Source: Octopus vulgaris (taxonomy: Eukaryota). Taken from it: a stretch of DNA of 64,000 nucleotides. Both the position numbers and the translations under genes were made by a program. Numbering within the stretch: the first letter of the stretch is position 1; each line of letters begins with the position of its first letter. Positions 54,380-64,000 of this stretch are shown here, in pieces. Below the pieces are notes generated by a model. It searched no databases. It was not told the DNA's origin and saw only the letters and a program-made list of their open reading frames with translations. Location of the stretch: positions 77,872,001 to 77,936,000 of the forward strand of contig OX597830.1 of assembly GCA_951406725.2 (NCBI GenBank), in the 5' to 3' direction.

Positions 54380-55355
54380 CTGCGCTAGTGGTGGCGGTGG
54401 CGACGGCAATGGTGGTGGTGGTGGCTGTGGCGATAGTAGTTGTGAAATAAGGTGGCGGCGGTAGTTGATGTTAGATATGGTGGTGGCGGTAGTAGTGGCT
54501 GCGGAGGCAATACATGGTATCATTGTTTTGGGAAGTGGCGCGGTAGTGACGGAGATGGTGGTGATCTAATGATTGTAGTAGCAGTGGTGATGGTGGTGGT
54601 GGTTGTGGTGATGGTATGGTACGGCACGGCGGTGGTGAGTTATGCAGGTCGTGGCGGTGATGGTGTAGGTGGTGGTGAAGGTGGTTTCATGTTATATTCT
54701 AGTGTTATGGAGGGGTGGATTGGTATCAATTTTGTGTTATTGTATCCCATGGTATGGCGCTGGTGCTAGTGGTTTTCTTTGGTATCGGTGCCAATATAAT
54801 ATGGTGATATCTTATGGTATGCTGATGTATAGTATGATGGTATTGGTACCACTAGAATGTGAAGTTGCGGGTGGTAGTAGCGTATGGTTATGGTAGAGGT
54901 GGTTTGAACGAGATAGTTGTGGTGGTGGTGGTGGTAGTGGTAGTGGTGGTGATGGAGTTGGGAGGTAAAGGTGGTGGTGTAATAGTGGTAGTGTGGAGGT
55001 GGTGGTGGTGGTGGTGTTGATACGATGGCGGTGATAGTGGTAATTGTGGGGGTGGTAGTATTTGTGGTAGCGGTGATAGGGACGGTGAAGGTAGAGGTGG
55101 TGGTGGTAGTCGTCATCGTTGTCGTGTTGGTATGCTGGTGGTGATAATGGTAGTTGTAGTGGTAGTGTTGATAGTATGACGATGGTGGTTGTGGTGGTAG
55201 TGGTGGTAGTAGTGTTGGTTGTCGTGATGGTGGCGATTGCGGTGGTGATGGTGATGACATAGTGGTATATGATAGTGATGATGATAATGATGTTGGTGTT
55301 TGTGGTGGTGGTGGTGGTGGTCATTGTCGTCGTCGTCGTGGTATGGTGGTAGTGG
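54380..55355. repeat. Degenerate (GGT/AGT/GAT)n low-complexity region
   Basis: Directly visible; no coherent reading frame. Confidence 0.85.
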
Positions 55356-56316
55356 ATAATACAGTGCATAATTCAATCATTATGACTCGTCACAAGTGGC
55401 GGACCGTGGGTAGACAAGTAAGAAACTTATGATGGAGGCGGCGGGAACTGCAGTGTGTACATCGATGACAGCATAATGCATGTGTGTGTGTGTGTGTGTT
55501 TGTGTGTGTGTGTTTGTGTGTGTGTGTATGTGTGTGTGTGTGTGTGTGTAATTATTTGTGTATGATTGTCTATATTTGTGTATTCATGCTTATATGTATG
55601 TGTTTGTATGCAGGTGTGTTTTTGTTAAGAAACGGGTCTACAACATTAGCAACAACAACAACAACAACAATAATATCAACCGTAACAATGATAACAACAA
55701 TAGTAACAACAACAACAACAGAAGCGTCAGCAGCAGTAAACAATGTTATCATTGACAATAACGTCGTTAATCACAAAACACAGAGACACACAAACAACAA
55801 CAACAACAACAACAGCATCAGCAGCAGCAGCATTGACCCGTCGAGGTTCCTCATATTCTTCCAATTTCATTTCCTCCCCCCCTCTTTCATGCTCTGCCTC
55901 CTACCTTTCTCTCATCAAGCGGCTGACGTGAATAAGTCAACGAACAAGATGGCAGACGTCCGTGTAAAATTTACAGTTTTTCAACACAAACAGAAAATGT
56001 AATGGAAACGATGCCCAGAAGGCTGAACTGTGACAGCCTAATGGCTGTACAGAACGTCATGTATATCCTTGAGGTAAACAGAACTTTGGAGAAATCCATG
56101 AGTAAATAAATAAACAAATGAATAAATAAATAGATAAATAAATAAATAAGATAAATAAGTAGTGGCTGGTGGTAAGTAGCTTGCTTACCAACCACATGGT
56201 TCCGGGTTCGTTCCCACTGCGTAGCACCTTGGGCAAGTGTCTTCTGCTATAGCCTCGGCCCTACCAAAGCCTTGTGGGTGGATTTGGTAGACGGAAACTG
56301 AAAGAAGCCTGTCGTA

Positions 56317-56401
<85 letters not shown>

Positions 56402-56959
56402 TTGTGTGTCTGTGTTTGTCCCCCCAAAATCGTTTGACAACCGATACTGGTGTGTTTACGTCCCCATAACTTAGCGGTTCGGCTAAAAGAGCCACCGATA
56501 GAATAAGTCCTGGGGTCGATTTACTCGACTAAAGGCAGCGCTCCAGCATGGCCGAGTCAAATGACTGAAACAAGTAAAGAGTAAAGAGTAAATAAATGAA
56601 TAAATAAATAAATATTTTTCTGCGTGCTTTCCAACGACGTGCTTTGGGGTTCAGTCCTACCGCACAGCATTTTGGGCAAGTGTCTTCTACTAAAGAACCG
56701 GGCCGACTTACGCTTTGTGAGTGAAATCTGTAGGCGAAAGCATGTGTGTGTGTGTGCGATCCACTTCTCACAGCTTGACAGCAATGTCTCTGTAACATAG
56801 TGGTTCGGTGAGGGAGAACGATATAATAAGTACCAGGCTTGAAAACAAGCAAAAAAAAAGTAAAACGTGGGGGTCGATTTTTTTCGACTAAAATTACATC
56901 AAGGCAGTGCCCCAACATGGCTGCAGTCCAGTACTTCACTTGCAAAAGCACCAGGAAGA

Positions 56960-57640
56960 GATCCCTTCAGATAAAACGGCCTTTTCAATGATCAGGAAAG
57001 GTGATGGTTAAAATTAAAAGAAGTAGACCTTGTGGCAGATGCATAGGAGCAAGAAATATTAAGAAATAGATCTTCTAGAATTCCCAGGAGGATCCTTAGA
57101 GGTAGCGGATAGTTGCTAGAATGGTAACTGACTGGAGCAAGTTCAGTGAGCTAATAGCACTGTTGGTAACAAAAGGCCTCTGTTTCAGAGAGAAAGGTTG
57201 ATTGCATGATGCTTTTGAACTAACAGCAAGCAACATATTTGCGAAACTTGGACCCAGGCTACAGAGGATACGCGAAGACTATAAAGAAACGGAGCTGGCA
57301 GGCTTCACTAGATGTGATAAGCAAGTGGGTGGGTACGATAAAGTATAAATTAGTGGAGAGAAAAATTGGGCATAAGAAGCATTAAATGAGTTGTGCGAGT
57401 AGATGGGGTGTGGGTGATATGGCCATGTTATGTGTATGGAGGAAAACAGCTGCATAAAGAAGTGCCGATCGCTAAACGTAGACAGAACCCACGGAAGAGG
57501 GAGACCCAAGAAAACGTGAGATGAAGTAGTGAAGACCGACCCCACGATGTTGAACCTCGTCGAATATATGACAAAGGACCGAGATGATTGTTGATATGCT
57601 GTGCCTGTGAGGACACGTCTATCTCAGCAAAAATGCTATC
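56960..57640 (+). mobile_element. Degenerate RTE-like LINE 3' fragment
   Basis: YGHVMCMEENSCIKKCRSLNVDRTHGRGRPKKT resembles the RTE ORF C-terminal motif (W.GHV.RM...RGRP..TW). Confidence 0.65.
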
Positions 57641-58219
57641 CTGTCAAGCCTTCTTCCCAATACCCATCTCTTCCTCCTATTTGGCCCACTCCCATTTCTG
57701 TCACTTTTTTCTCAAACTCGTATTCACCATTGACCATACTTCCAACCCCTATTTAATGCATCCACCTCAATCCCCATTTCTAACCATCTGCCACTCTCCT
57801 TTCCACACTCTCACGAACTCATCCATTTTACCGATTCTTTATCCTTATCATTTCTCTTATATTCACCTTGTACCTCGAAAATATGCCGTCGTCATCGTTT
57901 TTATCTCCTTCCAGCCGAGGTAATCATGCACCGCCTCCTCAGCAAGATACCTCTTCTTGTTCCTCTATCACACTTTAACCTATCTACACATGACATAGTC
58001 ATATTTCCAAATAATACCATCCACTATCCGACACAACTCAGACGAAGGGTCTTTTCTTGCAAGCTACTAGGTACGCACACCAGTGCTGGTGCCACAAAAA
58101 GACATTTAGCACAATCTGTTATGTGGTTGTCGCTCAGAAATGCATCCAATCATAGGAAGCATACGGAAACAAATACGGTCGTCTGGCTGGTCAGTACTTG
58201 TTGAACCACTGGGGAACTA

Positions 58220-58722
58220 TCTGGAACTATCTGGAAAAGGGGTGTACGATCAGCAGTGCAAGATACAGTGTTTTGCTGGCCAACAAACTGAAGCCAGCAT
58301 TTTGTACCAAACGTCGAAGCCTATTGTCGAAATAAGTTTTCTTGTTATATGACAATGCAAACCAACACACGCCCTCCCAGCCCGTTGAAACCATTAACCA
58401 ATTAGGTTTTGAGGCGCTGGAACACCCTACCTACAGCCCAGATCTCGGCCCTTCCGACTATCCTAACTTTGGACTGCTCAAAGGTGGTTTACGAGGTAGT
58501 CGATTTCCTTCGATGAAGATGTGAAGGAAGCAGTACATAAATGATTGCACGACCACGCAAAAAACTTCTTCTTGGAGGGAATACGAAAGCTTGTGGACCG
58601 TTGCACCAAGTGCATCGAAAAGAAAGGAGACTATATAGAAAAATGACATATTTCTTTATCCCTTGTTTTTGCGTAAATACATTGAAAAAACAAGAGTGCG
58701 TATAATTTTTTACTCTCCCTCG
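58220..58722 (+). mobile_element. Mariner transposase 3' fragment
   Basis: YDNANQHT...LEHPTYSPDLGPSDY...GIRKLVDRCTKCIEKKGDYIEK then a TIR-like end. Confidence 0.82.
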
Positions 58723-58725
58723 ATG

Positions 58726-58771
<46 letters not shown>

Positions 58772-58856
58772 AGAGAGAGAGAGAGAGAGAGAGATGAATA
58801 GACAGATAAACAGACAGATACATGTATACATACATATATACATACAAATATGCATA

Positions 58857-60110
58857 CAGGGTGCGTAAGTTTTTTGAGAACAAATTTTGGGGGTCATTGC
58901 TGTATTTTTTGCTAACTCTGTATTATCTTTGTTTCGGAAAATAATAATGGCAGACCCTCAGCTTACTCAAGAAATGAAGAGGTATGCTGTATTGTGGTTA
59001 TAAAGGCTGAGAATAGCGTTTTAGAAATATCTTGATTTTTAAAAGTTGCTAGATCTTTCGTCAACAAAGTTTGTAAGGAGCTAGAGACTGAAGATGGAAA
59101 CGTTTCACCAGTATCAAAGCATAAAATGCATTTTAAACGCTCTGAAATCATCAGAGTACCTGAATTTATCCAGCAAGTTCAACAGACCATTGATTACAAT
59201 CCCAGAAAGTTCATGAGGTCAATTGCAAAAGATCTCTATGTGTCAGAAAGATCAGTCAGAAATGTTGTCCCCGACAACATCAGATATAAGTCTTATATGA
59301 TGAGGAAAGATCAATTTGTCAGAAAAAGCAAAAGAAAATCACTACATCAGATCTAAAAGGCTCTTAAACAAACTGAAAAATCCAGCAGAATATTTGATTT
59401 GGTTTTTCTCAAACGAAAAAAACTTCGACCGAGATCAAAAAGTTAACAGAAGAAATGACAGATGGTTATGCGCAGACCCTTCTGAACTTTCAAGTGTTAT
59501 CCATACAAAATTTCCTGCAACTGTCATGGTTTTAGGGTTTGTCAGCAATGAAGGACATGTGATGCCTCCTAACTTCTTTCCACAAAGCCTTAGAGTTAAT
59601 TCGGCCGCCTACATTGAGGTCCGGGAAATAATTGTTTAGCCCAGGATAGATAGCGTATGCAATGGAAGGTCATAGGTGTTTCACTAAGACTCTGCACTAT
59701 TACACAAGGCTCTAGTAACACAGGAATGGATGGCTGAAAATTTTCATGATCACATAACAGCTAACACTTGGCTTCCTAATTCCCCAGATCTCAATCCATT
59801 GGACTATTGCATGTGGAGAATTGTTGAGAAAGAGGTCAATGAACACACCTATACCACCAAAGATTCTTTGAAAACTGCCATAGTCAGAGTAATGTCCAAG
59901 ATGAATCAGGACCACTTGATTCAAGCATGTATATGATTTAGATCTCATATAGAAGCAGTTGTTGAAGGTGAAGGTGGCTTTATTGAATAACATTGTAGAA
60001 AAGAAGGGTTTTTTTTTAACCTCATAGCATTTTTTGATAAAGTTGTTATCTGTTATTGTATATCTGTTTTGATAAACATAAATCTGTCCTCAAATATATT
60101 ACGCACCCTG
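58857..60110 (+). mobile_element. Full-length but inactivated maT/DD37D (Tc1/mariner superfamily) transposon
   Basis: TIRs cagggtgcgtaa... / ...ttacgcaccctg with TA flanks; FFSNEKNF and VMVLGFVS; 37 residues between DSA and the NPLD aspartate; in-frame stops. Confidence 0.9.
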
Positions 60111-60117
60111 TATATAT

Positions 60118-60167
<50 letters not shown>

Positions 60168-60232
60168 ATGTATGTATGTATATATATATATATATATATG
60201 TATATATGTGTGTATATATATGTGTATATATA

Positions 60233-60798
60233 TTGGGTTGTCCAGAAAGTTCGTGCCGATTTATGGTAGCTTACTTTTCGACTTATTTTAGAACATGGTT
60301 GAGTCCATAAAATAGGATTTGACTACACCTCCGTTTAGAGCACAGTTTAAGCTATCTTTTCGTGGAAGAAGATTTGTGTTCCTATAACCTGTGTTAATTC
60401 TGTAACCCTTTAAAATGGAAGATAAGAAAGTTCATTTTCGGTACTTGATGCTTTGGGAACCAGTCAATAATTGCTGCAGCTCGGCTGGGATGTGTTACCC
60501 CACCCTTCATATTCACCAGATATTGCTCCTTCGGATTTCCACTTATTCATGTCTCTGCAGAATAGTCTTAATGGTAAAAATTTTAATTCCTTGAATGGCG
60601 TAAAAAGACACCTTGATGAATTCTTTGCCATGAAATCACTTCAATTCTGGGGAGAGGGTATTTTCAAGTTAAAGGAAAGATGGAGACGCATTGTGCAACA
60701 AAATGGTTCATATTTGGTTGATTAAAAATGTAATGGCAAGTATTTATTGACCATTTTCTTTCTTTTAAAAATCGGCACGAACATTCTGGACAACCCAA
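60233..60798 (+). mobile_element. Second copy of the same mariner deletion derivative
   Basis: Same TIRs, TA flanks and deletion junction (ctttgggaaccag); YSPDIAPSDFHLF motif. Confidence 0.92.
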
Positions 60799-60807
60799 TA
60801 TATAGAG

Positions 60808-60886
<79 letters not shown>

Positions 60887-61731
60887 GAATATACATCTGT
60901 ATTTAAATATGTTTCCATTAACTTCTTAGTTCACTTTGTTCACGACACCCTCGTCGTCGTCGTCATCATCATCATCAATATCAACATGTGATCGTCATCA
61001 CATCATCACTTTAAGAAAAAAAACGACACTATACCATCAAATTTAATATATATTGCATGCGTAGTCTGTGTGTGCATGTGTGTGTGTGTGTGTGTTTGTG
61101 TGTACATACCTGCGTAAGCCCTGTTCTTAGGAAAAAAGTAAACAACAAGAACTTAAACGATATATGTGTGTGTGTGCGTATGTGTATATGTGTGTGTGTG
61201 TATGTGTGTGCGCGCGCGCGCGTGTGTGGGTGTGAGTGTGTGTGTGTGTGTGTTTACATATGTGTATCCTTACCTGCTTTAGTTCGGTGTATTCTGCCTG
61301 TTGAAGTTACAAAATGATCAACTTCCCTAATAATCGATTAGGTCAGATCAATAAAAGAAGTAAACATCCAGACATAGAGAGAAAAACGATGATCTGCGTG
61401 CATTTATATAATTATTTAGTTAGTACAATTAGTATTGCTCTCAAGAGGTAATAATTAAAACTGTCAGGGATAATATGTTAAAAGGTATAGTTTGTGAAAC
61501 AAACTTATTTTTTTTGAGTAAGAGTCTTTCCTCTGTCTTTCTTTTGTCTTTGTCTATAACAAATGCTTGTTCATGGCTACCTTATGTCTTCTCATTCTCT
61601 CTGTTTCTCTCTCTTTACTTCTCTCTCTCTCTCTCTCTCTTTCTGATCTTCTCTTAACTATCTCTCTCACTCCTCCCCTGCGCCTTCCCTTGTTGGTGTC
61701 CATTAAAATTTCTCGCTCAGCCTCGCCCGTT

Positions 61732-63720
61732 TCATGTGTTCTCAAACATGCTTCTCTGACCGCACGTAAAACAACAGTCGATGTGGCGTTTCTGGAAGTC
61801 GTAGGCGGCACAGTTCTGGACTAAACAATCGGTTCGCCGGTCGCCGTATTCGCATTCATGTAAATGTGGATATTTGAAGAATGCACACGTCCAACAGCAT
61901 TCTTTGTAGAACTTTGGATTGTAACAATACCACGGTTGTTGGGATATAATTTCGTGACACGTAACATGAGGCATTCGGAAGGTTGTGTAGAATAATCTAT
62001 CTCCCAACCAGCAGTCTTCATCATCTTGCATTGCGATATTTGTTGTGTTTGAAAACACACAACGGCCATTTTTGCACCACTCCCTCGGACTACACATTGT
62101 GCCTTCTAAAGGAATAATTTTCAAACATTCACCTTCACCATTGTCACACCACATATTCGTACAAAATGCTTCATTGAAAATATTCTTGTCTCGACAATTG
62201 TAAATATTAGATTGTGTTCCGAACCTCATTTGGCACTGCCAATTCGCACTGTACCTCTGTCCCGGTTTCATTTCTTTAAAAGCTTTCAATTCAGTATCAA
62301 CCTCAGAATCGAAGTCTTGAAGACAAGTCATCTTATGCAAGTTGTTCTTTAAATAACCATAAGAACAACGAGAGAACTTGAACCTGTTTAATCTATATTC
62401 ATTTTCGCGAGGACCGAGACTAGGTGCCATGATAAATTCGTCGGCTGGGTCACATGTGTTATTTTTTCCATCGTGTAAAACTCCCAAACTGTGTCCAAGC
62501 TCATGTGCCGCCGCTAGTCCTGTGTAGAGACCAAACTTCTCTTGAATGATGCTTGTAGAGTTTACAGTACACATTCCTAACAGCAGTGTGTAACCTAATA
62601 ATTTTTCACTCGACTGGATCAAGCTGTGACGGGTTATTATCAGAATGTGGTCTTCGTAGTGTAAAGTATTGCTGAGCGGTTGTTCCTGCAACCAGTCGGT
62701 AAACCTATTCCATACAGAAACAGCTTCAACTCGACTCGACTGATCATGAAGAGATTCAATCCACCATGAACTACTTGCGTTATCGGAAATGAAAAAACTT
62801 CTGCATTTAACGGTTATGCTAAAAGCTTCGTCCGGAAGCGAATGGAAGACCACGTTTATGGTGGACAGCATGTAAGCGTAATATTCTTTGATCGAATAAA
62901 CAACATCGAATGTTTTTTGTTCCATGTTTTCACCATTCTGCATTGATAGGAAAAACGAATAAACACTGAAATCAATTACAATGCCAAGTTCGATGGTGAA
63001 GGCCTTTTGCGGATTTCTCTTCCTGCGAAGTGAACGTCGTTTTTTAATGTTACGTTTAACAGCATTAGAATATGGAAAAAAATCAACGTCGTCTGGTTTG
63101 ATTTCATGCAATACGTAAACTAAATGAAAATTCTGACCGTTCTTCTTACCGTCATCCTGTTTTTCAATCGGTGCTATACCATAACATTTCGATTTGTGTG
63201 TGAACATCCCTGAAATGATATAGTAAGTTCTTATCCGGTTACCAATTACAAGCTTCTTACACTTCACAGACATCAACGACTTAGGTCCGACGTAAATCGA
63301 AGCAGCTTCTTGATATTTTTTAGAAACCGGAAGATAGAGTAATCGTTTTTCACGTTGAGCAATACGATATATTGGTATATCATCAAACGAGGAAGTTTTG
63401 TCTAAATACAGTAACAAATTAACAGTGTCATTTTGCAGCAAGAATTGAAAGCGAAGTCTTGAAGGTTTCTCTTTGGCATCATGCTTATAGTAATTACATT
63501 CATTTTTCGAAAAGTTCGTCTTCTTCTTTTCTTTAGCACCAATTGGCATTCTGTTTAAAATAATTTTTGTTGCTTCTGATTCTTTTAAATGTCTGTTCGG
63601 AGGTGTAGGAAAACCACACGACTGATCGACTGAGACAAATAATGTCACAAACATAAATAAAAACGATAGCAGTAATGAAAATGATACAAACACCGAAGAT
63701 GTTAAATTCAGTTTAAACAT
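61732..63720 (-). CDS. Intronless secreted ADAMTS-like (M12B/reprolysin) zinc metalloprotease, 662 aa
   Basis: Uninterrupted non-repetitive ORF. It has a hydrophobic N-terminal signal, a prodomain, a basic furin-type site (KKRRSLRRKR), the zinc motif HELGHSLGVLHD, a Met-turn (CDPADEFIMAP), an ADAMTS-type Cys-rich/disintegrin-like module (PGQRYSANWQCQMRFG...EGTMC...WCKNGRCV) and two C-terminal Cys modules ending CCxTC (PLAC-like). No TSP1 repeat is visible. Confidence 0.92.
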   Translation of the reverse strand: MFKLNLTSSVFVSFSLLLSFLFMFVTLFVSVDQSCGFPTPPNRHLKESEATKIILNRMPIGAKEKKKTNFSKNECNYYKHDAKEKPSRLRFQFLLQNDTVNLLLYLDKTSSFDDIPIYRIAQREKRLLYLPVSKKYQEAASIYVGPKSLMSVKCKKLVIGNRIRTYYIISGMFTHKSKCYGIAPIEKQDDGKKNGQNFHLVYVLHEIKPDDVDFFPYSNAVKRNIKKRRSLRRKRNPQKAFTIELGIVIDFSVYSFFLSMQNGENMEQKTFDVVYSIKEYYAYMLSTINVVFHSLPDEAFSITVKCRSFFISDNASSSWWIESLHDQSSRVEAVSVWNRFTDWLQEQPLSNTLHYEDHILIITRHSLIQSSEKLLGYTLLLGMCTVNSTSIIQEKFGLYTGLAAAHELGHSLGVLHDGKNNTCDPADEFIMAPSLGPRENEYRLNRFKFSRCSYGYLKNNLHKMTCLQDFDSEVDTELKAFKEMKPGQRYSANWQCQMRFGTQSNIYNCRDKNIFNEAFCTNMWCDNGEGECLKIIPLEGTMCSPREWCKNGRCVFSNTTNIAMQDDEDCWLGDRLFYTTFRMPHVTCHEIISQQPWYCYNPKFYKECCWTCAFFKYPHLHECEYGDRRTDCLVQNCAAYDFQKRHIDCCFTCGQRSMFENT

Positions 63721-64000
63721 AATTACTTATTAATCAGTTTATAAACTGTATGCTAGAATATAATCGGTTTGGTGACATTTTCTATTGGTTACCATTTTTT
63801 GTCGATCGGTCGTTGTTTCAAAAATCTAACCACCAGCGTCCGCTTCGCTGGCAACAGGTTCATTTCCTCCGCACGTGATATATTTCGTTTCTTCTACATT
63901 CACTGATGATAATGTATTTATATTTGTATATACGTACGTATGTTTATGTATGTGTGTATGTATGCATATATGCACATATTTGCAATTACGTGCATTATAT

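Overview
Animal genomic DNA, AT-rich and very dense in microsatellites and tRNA-derived SINEs; the repeat landscape points to an octopus (inference). Two host genes are supported. (1) The homeobox-containing last exon of Hox3 (30565-32483, +), with a C-terminal region greatly expanded by homopolymers but still ending in the conserved PKLTHL motif; its first exon was not found, so bases 1-30564 are probably one long intron. (2) An intronless ADAMTS-like M12B metalloprotease (61732-63720, -). The rest is mostly transposable elements: a young, probably full-length Penelope-like (Neptune-type) retroelement with 509-bp pseudo-LTRs, a second truncated Penelope-like element, L1/Tx1-type LINE pieces embedded in (TAGA)n, mariner, Tc1 and DD37D transposon relics, a non-autonomous Helitron, MITEs and foldbacks. 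The most interesting signal is a set of minimal hammerhead-ribozyme motifs with palindromic stem III. One family carries a fixed non-canonical core (CUGUNGA) in both pseudo-LTRs of the intact Penelope-like element and in four dispersed ~190-bp elements with shared ends, which suggests an autonomous/non-autonomous ribozyme-retroelement pair. Most ORFs in the supplied track are microsatellite artefacts. All identifications were made by eye, without database searches.
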